Below are positions 26,201 through 38,300 of a stretch of 64,000 bases of DNA, in pieces. The stretch's first letter is position 1; every line of letters starts with the position of its first letter. The translations under genes and the position numbers were made by a program. Source of the DNA: Ranitomeya imitator. Lineage: Eukaryota. Location: assembly GCF_032444005.1 (NCBI RefSeq), contig NC_091287.1, positions 565,254,001 to 565,318,000 of the forward strand, read 5' to 3'. The notes beneath the pieces were generated by a model. It had not been told where the DNA came from, made no database searches, and saw only the letters and a program-made list of their open reading frames with translations.

Positions 26201-29200
26201 GATAACTCTCTGAGTACAGATAATGTAGTAGATGCCACCTGCAGTCCTATGTAACACCACAGATAACACAGTGATCACTCTCTGAGTACAGATAATGTAG
26301 TAGATGTCACCTGCAGTCCTATGTAACACCACAGATGACCCAGGGTTTCTCTCCTGTTGCAGAGGACTTGGCGTTGCGGCTCAGCAGATCCATTGAGGCC
26401 GGAGATCAGAAGATGGCGGCTCTGTGCGCCTCGGATCTCGCTCGGCAGAAGATCCCGCTCCACATCCAGCTGAATCCAGTGTGTTATCCTAAGAGTGAGA
26501 TCTGGTGAGTCTTGATGCTCTCGTTGACGCTGTGTGATCGGTGTCCAGGCTGACGCCTCTTTCCCTCCGCAGCATGAAGGTCGGTGTGGAGGACGCCTCG
26601 GCGTCTGTTAACATCTCCGTGCACGTGAGCGCTCACACTACGATCGCCGCTCTGAAGCAGCAGGTGAGTGGAGAAGCCCGGCCCTGGAGCGACTGCTCTG
26701 CGGATGTGGATGGCTTTTTGGCTCCTGTAACATCTAGCCATAAGCTCCAGTCACAATCAGAGCTGCAGCATGGTTTCTGTACCTTTTTTGTTAACTCCCT
26801 GGCTGCATGACGTTTCTTGCAGCTTTGGATGTGACTGGAGTATAATTCCATGGATTCCTTTTACAGATTTTCAACGAGTATCAGTTCCTCCCCAATATCC
26901 AGCGCTGGATTATCGGCCAGTGCCTCTGCTCGGACGATCGCACCGTTGCCTCTTATGGGATCAGGAAAGATGGAGACACCGCCTTCCTCTACTTGCTGGG
27001 GGCGAAACAGGCCAAACTGAATATGCAAGATCCATACACAAGCAACTTGTACCAGCCCTTCCCCCTGGTGCTCGCCTCCGGCTGGGATGAGCGCACCAAG
27101 TTCAACACCGTGCCAACCAGGTCCAGTACAAAAAATGGTGGTGAGTTACTGCATGGGGCTGGGCATGTCTGACCAAGTTATCCCTCAGACGGGTGTGCTA
27201 ACTTTATAGGCTGTAGATGAGGTGGAGGCTGTGCTCAGTTTAGTAACTGCATAGGCTGTAGATGAGGTGGAGGCTGTGCTCAGTTTAGTAACTTTATACG
27301 CTGTAAATGAGGTGGAGGCTGTGCTCAGTTTAGTAACTTTATAGGCTGTAGATGAGGTGGAGGCTGTGCTCAGTTTAGTAACTTTATACGCTGTAGATGA
27401 GGTGGAGGCTGTGCTCAGTTTAGTAACTTTATAGGCTGTAGATGAGGTGGAGGCTGTGCTCAGTTTAGTAACTTTATAGGCTGTAGATGAGGTGGAGGCT
27501 GTGCTCAGTTTAGTAACTTTATAGGCTGTAGATGAGGTGGAGGCTGTGCTCAGTTTAGTAACTTTATAGTCTGTAGATGAGGTGGAGGCTGTGCTCAGTT
27601 TAGTAACTTTATACGCTGTAGGTGATGTGGAGGCTGTGCTCAGTTTAGTAACTTTATACGCTGTAGGTGATGTGGAGGCTGTGCTCAGTTTAGTAACTTC
27701 ATAAGCTGTAGATAAGGTGGAGGTTGTGCTCAGTTTAGTAACTTTATAGGCTGTAGATGAGGTGGAGGCTGTGCTCTGTTTAGTAACTTTATAGTCTGTA
27801 GATGAGGTGGAGGCTGTGCTCAGTTTAGTAACTTTATAGGCTGTAGATGAGGTGGAGGCTGTGCTCAGTCATGTAACTATAGGCTGTAGATGAGGTGGAG
27901 GCTGTGCTCAGTCATGTAACTATAGGCAGTAGATGAGGTAGAGGCTGTGCTCAGTCATGTAACTATAGGCTGTAGATGAGGTGGAGGCTGTGCTCAGTCA
28001 TGTAACTATAGGCTGTAGATGAGGTGGAGGCTGTGCTCAGTCATGTAACTATAGGCTGTAGATGAGGTGGAGGCTGTGCTCAGTGTAGTAACTATAGGCT
28101 GTAGATAAGGTGACTGCTCAGTGTAGTAACTTTTATAGACTGTAGATTAGGTGGAGGCTGTGCTCAGTCATGTAACCATAGGCTGTAGATGAGGTGGAGG
28201 CTGTGCTCAGTTTAGTAACTTCATAAGCTGTAGATGAGGTGGAGGTTGTGCTCAGTTTAGTAACTTTATAGGCTGTAGATGAGGTGGAGGCTGTGCTCAG
28301 TTTAGTAACTTTATACGCTGTAGGTGATGTGGAGGCTGTGCTCAGTTTAGTAACTTTATACGCTGTAGGTGATGTGGAGGCTGTGCTCAGTTTAGTAACT
28401 TCATAAGCTGTAGATGAGGTGGAGGTTGTGCTCAGTTTAGTAACTTTATAGGCTGTAGATGAGGTGGAGGCTGTGCTCTGTTTAGTAACTTTATAGTCTG
28501 TAGATGAGGTGGAGGCTGTGCTCAGTTTAGTAACTTTATACGCTGTAGGTGATGTGGAGGCTGTGCTCAGTTTAGTAAATTTATAGGCTGTAGATGAGGT
28601 GGAGGCTGTGCTCAGTCATGTAACTATAGGCTGTAGATGAGGTAGAGGCTGTGCTCAGTCATGTAACTATAGGCTGTAGATGAGGTGGAGGCTGTGCTCA
28701 GTCATGTAACTATAGGCTATAGATGAGGTGGAGGCTGTGCTCAGTCATGTAACTATAGGCTGTAGATGAGGTGGAGGCTGTGCTCAGTCATGTAACTATA
28801 GGCTGTAGATGAGGTGGAGGCTGTGCTCAGTCATGTAGCTATAGGCTGTAGATGAGGTGGAGGCTGTGCTCAGTGTAGTAACTATAGGCTGTAGATAAGG
28901 TGACTGCTCAGTGTAGTAACTTTTATAGACTGTAGATTAGGTGGAGGCTGTGCTCAGTCATGTAACTATAGGCTGTAGATGAGGTGGAGGCTGTGCTCAG
29001 TGTAGTAACTATAGGCTGTAGATAAGGTGACTGCTCAGTGTAGTAACTTTTATAGACTGTAGATTAGGTGGAGGCTGTGCTCAGTCATGTAACCATAGGC
29101 TGTAGATGAGGTGGAGGCTGTGCTCCGTTTAGTAACTTCATAAGCTGTAGATGAGGTGGAGGTTGTGCTCAGTTTAGTAACTTTATAGGCTGTAGATGAG

Positions 29201-32200
29201 GTGGAGGCTGTGCTCAGTTTAGTAACTTTATACGCTGTAGGTGATGTGGAGGCTGTGCTCAGTTTAGTAACTTTATACGCTGTAGGTGATGTGGAGGCTG
29301 TGCTCAGTTTAGTAACTTCATAAGCTGTAGATGAGGTGGAGGTTGTGCTCAGTTTAGTAACTTTATAGGCTGTAGATGAGGTGGAGGCTGTGCTCTGTTT
29401 AGTAACTTTATAGTCTGTAGATGAGGTGGAGGCTGTGCTCAGTTTAGTAACTTTATACGCTGTAGGTGATGTGGAGGCTGTGCTCAGTTTAGTAAATTTA
29501 TAGGCTGTAGATGAGGTAGAGGCTGTGCTCAGTCATGTAACTATAGGCTGTAGATGAGGTGGAGGCTGTGCTCAGTCATGTAACTATAGGCTGTAGATGA
29601 GGTAGAGGCTGTGCTCAGTCATGTAACTATAGGCTGTAGATGAGGTGGAGGCTGTGCTCAGTCATGTAACTATAGGCTGTAGATGAGGTGGAGGCTGTGC
29701 TCAGTCATGTAACTATAGGCTGTAGATTATGTGGAGGCTGTGCTCAGTCATGTAACTATAGGCTGTAGATGAGGTGGAGGCTGTGCTCAGTCATGTAACT
29801 ATAGGCTGTAGATAAGGTGACTGCTCAGTGTAGTAACTTTTATAGACTGTAGATTAGGTGGAGGCTGTGCTCAGTCATGTAACCATAGGCTGTAGATGAG
29901 GTGGAGGCTGTGCTCAGTTTAGTAACTTTATAGGCTGTAGATGAGGTGGAGGCTGTGCTCAGTCATGTAACTATAGGCTGTAGATGAGGTGGAGGCTGTG
30001 CTCAGTCATGTAACTATAGGCTGTAGATGAGGTGGAGGCTGTGCTCAGTGTAGTAACTATAGGCTGTAGATAAGGTGACTGCTCAGTGTAGTAACTTTTA
30101 TAGACTGTAGATTAGGTGGAGGCTGTGCTCAGTCATGTAACCATAGGCTGTAGATGAGGTGGAGGCTGTGCTCAGTTTAGTAACTTCATAAGCTGTAGAT
30201 GAGGTGGAGGTTGTGCTCAGTTTAGTAACTTTATAGGCTGTAGATGAGGTGGAGGCTGTGCTCAGTTTAGTAACTTTATACGCTGTAGGTGATGTGGAGG
30301 CTGTGCTCAGTTTAGTAACTTCATAAGCTGTAGATGAGGTGGAGGTTGTGCTCAGTTTAGTAACTTTATAGGCTGTAGGTGATGTGGAGGCTGTGCTCCG
30401 TTTAGTAAATTTATAGGCTGTAGATGAGGTAGAGGCTGTGCTCAGTCATGTAACTATAGGCTGTAGATGAGGTGGAGGCTGTGCTCAGTCATGTAACTAT
30501 AGGCTGTAGATGAGGTGGAGGCTGTGCTCAGTCATGTAACTATAGGCTGTAGATGAGGTGGAGGCTGTGCTCAGTCATGTAACTTTATAGGCTGTAGATT
30601 AGGTGGAGACTGTGCTCTGTTTAGTAAATTTATAGGCTGTTGATGAGGTGGAGGCTGTGCTCATTTATTTATTATTTTTGGATTGGTAAAAAAGGGTTCA
30701 TTTATATCATCTCTTAACATTGTTTTAATGATATTTTTTTAAGCTTATTGCACACTTATTTTCTACTCCCCTTAGGGGTCTTGAACTATGTATTAAGCAT
30801 TTGATAAGCTGCCGATTTTGCAAGTTTTTCCACCTACAAAGAATGGAGAGGTCTCTAATTTTTATCGTAGGTACACTTCACCTGTGAAAAATTCTAAAAA
30901 TATAATCCAGAAAATCACATTGTATGATTTTTTTTTTATTATTTTTTAACATAATTAGCATTTTATTGCATGAAATAAGTATTTCCAGGTCATCAATCCT
31001 GACGGCACCATGGAGGTCGTCCTTCTTATCGCTACTGTGACTGGAAACAACGAGAGATTTAAGAGGACCCTCCCAGCTCCACCCCGCAGTGTTTTTTTTG
31101 TCCCAGTGAGAATAGGAACGACGAGAGAAGCGCTCCGGTGTATCCCTCCTGGTCGTACCTGGCAGACCCTAATGCTTCTTTGGAGGGCCCAGCCTCTCCC
31201 TTCCCCCAGTCAAGCGGTCTGTGGCCGACATCTCAGATGGTGTCCCTCAGCCTAACTGGTGAACGCTGTTCCCGGGCTGCAAGCCGTTTTACTCCCACCG
31301 GGAGACTCTCCTCTTCGGCGTCTTCCTCCGGCACACTGAATTCCCTGCGGGTGCACTTTTGGTGACGTCATCTCTGCGCGCCGGGTCGCGGCCACTGTGC
31401 GTTTCATAGTAAAATGCTGGAAGATATCCGGCGAAGCATGGATCCTAGCGGCGCCTCGAATGGAGGGTATCCTATTAATCAGGGGTCCCCAACTCCAGTC
31501 CTCAAGGCCCACCAACATGTCATGTTTTCAGGATTTCCTTAGTCTTGCCCAGGTAATAATTGCATCACCTGTGCAATGCAAAGGAAATCCTGAAAACATG
31601 ACCTGTTGGTGGGCCTTGAGGACTGGAGTTGGGGACCTCTGCTATAAATAGGGTCCTAGATGTCTGTAGGCTGCCCTACTGTATGCTTGGACATGGAGGA
31701 ATCTGCCAAACTCGAGACTACTTCTGAACATAGCCAGGGGCATGTGAGTAGACTAGTGAGATGCCCACTTGCAGCCCCTTACCCTACACATAAGGTACCT
31801 TCACACATAACGATTTCGTTAACGATATCGTTGCAACGTCACGCTTTTTGTGACGTTGCAACGATCCCGCTAACGATCTCGTTATGTGTGACAGCGACCA
31901 ACGATCAGGCCCCTGCTGGGAGATCGTTGGTTGCTGGGGAATGATCAGGACCTTTTTTTGGTCACTGATCACCCGTTGTCATCGCTGGATCGGCGTGTGT
32001 GACACCGATCCAGCGATGTGTTCACTTGTAACCAGGGTAAACATCGGGTTACTAAGCGCAGGGCCGCACTTAGTAACCCGATATTTACCCTGGTTACCAT
32101 TGTAAAAGTAAAAAAAAAAAAACAGTACATACTCACATTCTGATGTCTGTCACGTCCCCCGCCGTCAGCTTCCCTGCACTGACTGTGAGCGCCGGCCGTA

Positions 32201-32318
32201 AAGCAGAGCACAGCTGTGACGTCACCGCTGTGCTCTGCTTTATGGCCGGCGCTGACAGTCAGTGCAGGGAAGCTGACGGCGGGGGACGTGACAGAAATCA
32301 GAATGTGAGTATGTACTG

Positions 32319-32354
<36 letters not shown>

Positions 32355-35300
32355 ATGGTAACCAGGGTAAATAGGGGGTTACTAAGCGCAGCCCTGCACT
32401 TAGTAACCCGATGTTTACCCTGGTTACCCGGGGACTTCGGCATCGTTGAAGACAGTTTCAACGATGCCGAAGTCGTTCCCCGGATCGTTGGTCGCTGGAG
32501 AGAGCTGTCTGTGTGACAGCTCCCCAGCGACCACACAACGACTTACCAACGGTCATGGCCAGGGCGTATCGCTGGTCGTGATCGTTGGTAGGTCGTTTAG
32601 TGTAACGGTACCTGTAGTAACACATGGCATGTACTCTGTGTATTCTAGAGGGAACATCCGCCTCGGCAACACCTAAAAGGGATGGTAAGAAAGCAGGAAA
32701 AGGTAGAAGATGCACTATCTGCAATGTGATGTGAAGCTGCCGGACACCTGGCAGAAGCATCTATGTGAACCCTGGACCTCAAAGGTCATCAGAGAAGAAC
32801 AGTCATCTCTGCTGTCAGATGAGGTCCATCATCAGAAAGAAGGTCCAGGCCTCTTATCTCGGGGCTGGTCCAGACGCATGCTTCTCAGCCCGAGTCCCAG
32901 GGTTGTCCCTGTGAAAAGAGGTCAAGGGAGATGGAGGACATATAGTCAGGCGAATCTGACCAGGAAGAAGGGGAAATGATTGCCGATCTGCCAGAGGGAG
33001 GGAAGAAATACATTTTCTCCTCTGAGGACGTGGACAAACTCCTCTGGGCAGCCAGGAGCACTATGCAGGTGGAGGAAACCCAGAAGCCTCTCTCCGTACA
33101 GGACAAGATGTAAAAATCCGGTCGGATAACACGACAACCCGTGGCGTTTTTACACCATCAGGGGGTGCAAGACATCCCTCCCTACAACATCTGGCAGGGA
33201 AGATCTTTCGGTGGGCAGAGAGGACAGTGCTATCCATTTTTGCAGTTCACCCAGATAGGTCCAAGAACCAGGTAGCAGACTTTCTGAGCAGGCAAAGGTT
33301 ATCTCCGACAGTGGGAGCTGAACGAGGTGTTCTGCATGCTGTGTCCACGTATGCATGAGTTCCACAGGTAAATCTCTTCACATCCAGAAAAAATGCGAAA
33401 GTCAAGGAATTTTTTTTCCCTTTAATCGTCTAGATAATCTGGCGGGCGTCAACTCACTATCCCAACCATATGGGGGGGAGGGGGGGGGCTGACGTATTTG
33501 TTTCCCCCTCTCCCCCTGATTCCAAGAGTACTAAGGAAAGTACAGGAAGAAATGGCAAAGATCATTTTGGTGGTGCCCGTCTGGCCAAGAAGGAGTTGGT
33601 TTCCTCTGCCGAGGAAGATGTTGGTGGAAGATCCCATCCTGCTTCCACGGAGAAAAGACCTTCTCTGCCAGGGCCCAGTGTTTCACCAGAACCCGGACAG
33701 TCTACTACTTTCGGCATAGATCCTTAGAGGCAAGTCCTGAGATCAAGGGGGTTGTCCGATGAAGTGATATCTACCCTTCAGGCAAGCAGAACATCTGTAA
33801 CCTCATCTAAATATGACAAAATATGGAAGCGTTTTCTGCATGGAATGCGTGGAGTCATCAGTGGATACATATCGTCCTCATATTCCAACTCATCAATATA
33901 TAACAAAATCTGGAAGCGTTTTCTGCATGGAATGCGTGGAGTCATCAGTGGATACATATCGTCCTCATATTCCAACTCATCAATATATAACAAAATCTGG
34001 AAGCGTTTTCTGCATGGAATGCATGGAGTCATCAGTGGATACATATCGTCCTCATATTCCCCCTCATCGATATATAACAAAATCTGGAAGCGTTTTCTGC
34101 ATGGAATGCATGGAGTCATCAGTGGATACATATCGTCCTCATATTCCCAGGATTCTTGATTTCCTGCAGGCAGGTTTCAACAGAGGCCTAAGACCCAGAT
34201 CCCTAAGAGTACAAATATCAGCGTTGAGCATATTCTTCGATTCTTCCCTAGCTGCCCACCACTGCATAGCAAAGTCCTCCAGAGCAGTACCAAGGCTGAA
34301 ACCTTCGGTGAGATCTGTCCTACCTTGGGATCTTAAACTGGTGCTCAATGCGCTATATAAGCACCTGCACGAACCAGTAAGCGCTATAGACATTAGCTGA
34401 CTCTCCTTTAAAACGACCTTCTTAGTGGACATTACATCAGCCAAGAGGGTAGGAGAATTACAGGCCTATCAGGGACTCTTACCTGCAGATATTCGAGGAC
34501 CGAATAGTCTTGAGGCTCGACCCAGCCTTTTCTCCCTAAAGTTGTCGACCCCCCAAATATTAACCAGGAAGTTGCACTTCCCTCCTTCTGCCAGCACCCT
34601 AGAAACCTCAAGGAGCAGACCTTTCAATCTCTAGACGCAAGGCAGACGGTTCTCTACAACCTGGAAGCTACCAGGGACTGGTGACAGGACACAAACTTAT
34701 TCGTACAGTATGGAAGAATAAATTGGGGTAAAAAAAACAGCGAAATTCACAAGGTGAATCAGATCTACGATTGGACTGGTCTACGAGGCTGAGGAAAAAC
34801 CTCCTGAGACATTAAAGCCCATTCAACTAGAACCATATCCTCCTCATGGGCAGAAAGAGGGGGCATCAGTAGATCAGATTTGTAGGGCCGCAACGTGGTC
34901 CAGTCAGAGAGTATCTTTTCGAGACATTACATACTAGACGTAGTCTTAGGACAAGTGGCCTTCTGTAGGAAGGTTCTTCACGTGGTGGTTCCACGCTAGA
35001 TCACCATACTTTGTTATTCTCCATGGTGCTTTCAGGAGGGATGACCTGGAAAATGGTAAATAGACCTACCCGGTAATTGTGTTTCCAGGAATCCATTCTG
35101 ACAGCACAGCTAGTTCCCGCCCTCCCTTCTGAGAAATTCTGTACCTGTGTGACGTAACGTTTGTATAAAGAATGATCAATACATTTTGTTGCATCCATCC
35201 TGGTGTGGTACTTGGAAAGACACTGAGGGGGGGGGGAGAGAAGGGAGGGTCCTTTTAACCTCTCGTTTCCTGTCCCAGTAAGGATAAGAAGGACGACCTC

Positions 35301-38300
35301 TGTGCTGTCAGGATGGATTCCTGGAAACTCAATTACCGGTAGGTCTAATTACCGTTTTTATCACCGACCAACCAGCAAGGGACATGATGACTGCACTTTA
35401 TTGAAGGGAGGATGGATGGGGTTATGTATCGCAAGATTTGGGTTAACATCTTCCTTCCCTCAGTAAGAGCATTGAAGATGCGTCATTTTTGGGTCTTCTA
35501 GGATGACAATGACCAGATGCACAAGCAGGGCAACTAAGGAGAGGCTCCGTAAGAAGCATTTCAAGGTCCTGGAGTGGCCAAGTCAGTTTCCAGACCTGAA
35601 CCCAATAGAAAATCTTTGTATGGAGCTGAAACTCAATGTTGTCCAGCGACAGCCCCGAAACCTGAAAGATCTGGAGAAGATCAGTATGGGGGAAGGGGCC
35701 AATATCCCTGCTACAGTGTGGTCAAGAACTACAGGAAACGTCTGACCTCTGTAACTGCAAAGGTTTCTGGACCAAATATTAAGGTCTGTTTTTCTATTGT
35801 ATCAAATACTTATTTCATGCAATAAAATGCTAATTTTTTTATGAAAAAATCCTAAAGTGTGATTGTCTGGATTATGTTTAGATTCTGTCTCTCACAGGTG
35901 AAGAGTCCCTACGATAACAATTACAGACCTCTCCATTTTTTTTTTTTGTAGGTGGGAAAACCTGGATAATCGGCAGTGTATCAAATACTTATTTTACCCA
36001 CTGTATGTATGTATATATATATATGAGGGGCGTTCATTAAAGATTTCCCATGACCCACTTCCAGTGGACTGAGAGCAATGAAACTTGGCACAGTTATTAG
36101 TCCTTCTCTACATAGGTGCCACCTAGGGACACATACTTCTCCCATCTCTCTAACCCATTTCCAACACCGGGTGTAATAGTACGCCAATGTTTGACTCCCT
36201 CCCTTTGATGTGGGCACCGGTGCTGAGCCCACATCTTTTCCGGCACGTCAGCTGTTTTGAACAGCTGACATGTGCCTCTAACAGCCGCGGGTGGAATCTC
36301 AATCCACTCGTGGCTGTTAACTAGTTAAATTCCGTGGCCAGTCTCTGACAGCGGCATTTAATGTGCTCTTCAGTCAAGCCCGCCGGAAATCCTGCCCATC
36401 GGTGACCTCGTCACGTGATCGTGGGTCATGACTTCTGAAATCTGAGTCTCATCATCTGGAAAATGCTTGCCCTTCAAAAATAGCTTCATTGTTGGAAAGA
36501 GGTGGAAGTCCGATGGGGCGAGGTCGGGTGAATAAGGGGGATGCGGTGGAATTTCAGCATGTGAGTTGTGAGCTGGTGTATTGTCTTGCAGAAGGCGGAC
36601 ACCTTTGGTGAGCATGCCACGTCTCTTGGTTTTTATGACCTCCCGCGATGTCCGCAGCAGTGAAGCACAGTACGCCCCAGTGATCATGGTAACATTTGCT
36701 AGGAAATCCATCAATACTACTCCGTGCTGGTCTCAAATACTGTGAGCATGACCTTGCCTGCCGAGGGTTGGACACGTGCCTTCTTTGGAGGCTCTGAGTC
36801 ATGAGGCTTCCATCAACTGGACTTTAGTCTCCTGATCATAGTGATGGACCCAGCTTTCATCTGGTGTGATCAGTCTGTTGTCTCCATGGCCCATCCTCAA
36901 TAGAGCCTGAGAGCCTTCAACTCGTTCCTGCTTCTGGAAAGGTGTGAGCAGCTGGGGAACCCCGCGAGCGGATACATTGTGCAGGTGAAGATGGTCTTGG
37001 AGGATTTTTTTCCATGGAACCCACACTAATCTTGACATTTTGGGCTAGGTAACGAATGGTTTCTCAGTGATTTTCCAAAATGGCGACCTCCACTTGCTGG
37101 ATGGTGAGTGGGGTCACCCTGGAATTGAGCTGTTTGCTCCGAAGTCCGACCACATGTGAATTGACGATTCCAGTTCTTCACTACATCATATGATGGGAAC
37201 CATCACCATAAACCTCTTTCATCTCATCGAACATCTCCCTTGGTGTGCAGCCTTTCAAGTAAAGGAACTTGATGACGGCTCTGTATCCACTGGGGCCATT
37301 ATCAAACCTCGCGCCACTCCCATTATCAAACCTCGCGCCACTCCCATTATCAAACCTCGCGCCACTCCCATTATCAAACCTTGCACCACTCCCATTATCA
37401 AACCTCGCGCCACTCCCACTATCAAACCTCGCACACCTTCCATTATCAAACCTCGCGCCACTCCCATTATGAAACCTCGCACCACTCCCATTATCAAACC
37501 TTGCACCACTCCCATTATCAAACCTCGCGCCACTCCCATTATGAAACCTCGCACACCTTCCATTATCAAACCTTGCACCACTCCCATTATCAAGCCTCGC
37601 ACCACTTCCATTATCAAACCTCGCACCACTTCCATTATCAAACCTTGCACCACTCCCATTATCAAACCTCGCACCACTTCCATTATCAAACCTCGCACCA
37701 CTCCCATTATGAAACCTCGCACACCTTCCATTATGAAACCTCGCACACCTTCCATTATCAAACCTTGCACCACTCCCATTATCAAACCTCGCACCACTTC
37801 CATTATTAAACCTCGCGCCACTCCCATTATCAAACCTCGCACCACTTCCATTATGAAACCTCGCACACCTTCCATTATGAAACCTCGCACCACTCCCATT
37901 ATGAAACCTCGCGCCACTTCCATTATGAAACCTCGCACACCTTCCATTATCAAACCTTGCACCACTCCCATTATCAAACCTCGCACACCTTCCATTATCA
38001 AACCTTGCACCACTCCCATTATGAAACCTCGCACCACTTCCATTATGAAACCTCGCACCACTCCCATTATGAAACCTCGCACACCTTCCATTATGAAACC
38101 TCGCACACCTTCCATTATCAAACCTTGCACCACTCCCATTATGAAACCTCGCGCCACTCCCATTATGAAACCTCGCACACCTTCCATTATCAAACCTCGC
38201 ACCACTCCCATTATGAAACCTCGCGCCACTCCCATTATGAAACCTCGCACACCTTCCATTATCAAACCTTGCACCACTCCCATTATCAAACCTCGCACCA

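Larger units (their letters stand above)
30982..35355 (+). mobile_element. DIRS1-like tyrosine-recombinase retrotransposon, degenerate and internally deleted
   Basis: Left ITR ~31010-31100 inverted to 35225-35302; internal complementary region 35019-35110 matches both termini; [13 protein letters not shown]...WPRRSWF and recombinase motifs ([20 protein letters not shown]). Confidence 0.88.
30793..36003 (+). mobile_element. Old internally deleted Tc1 element, split by the DIRS insertion
   Basis: TIR remnants 30793-30983 and 35790-36003 (cactg|TA); transposase piece [22 protein letters not shown] at 35500-35770. Confidence 0.7.

Noticed and set aside
24365-30663. CRISPR-like regular arrays
   Set aside because: Head-to-tail tandem units without unique spacers, no cas genes, eukaryotic intron.
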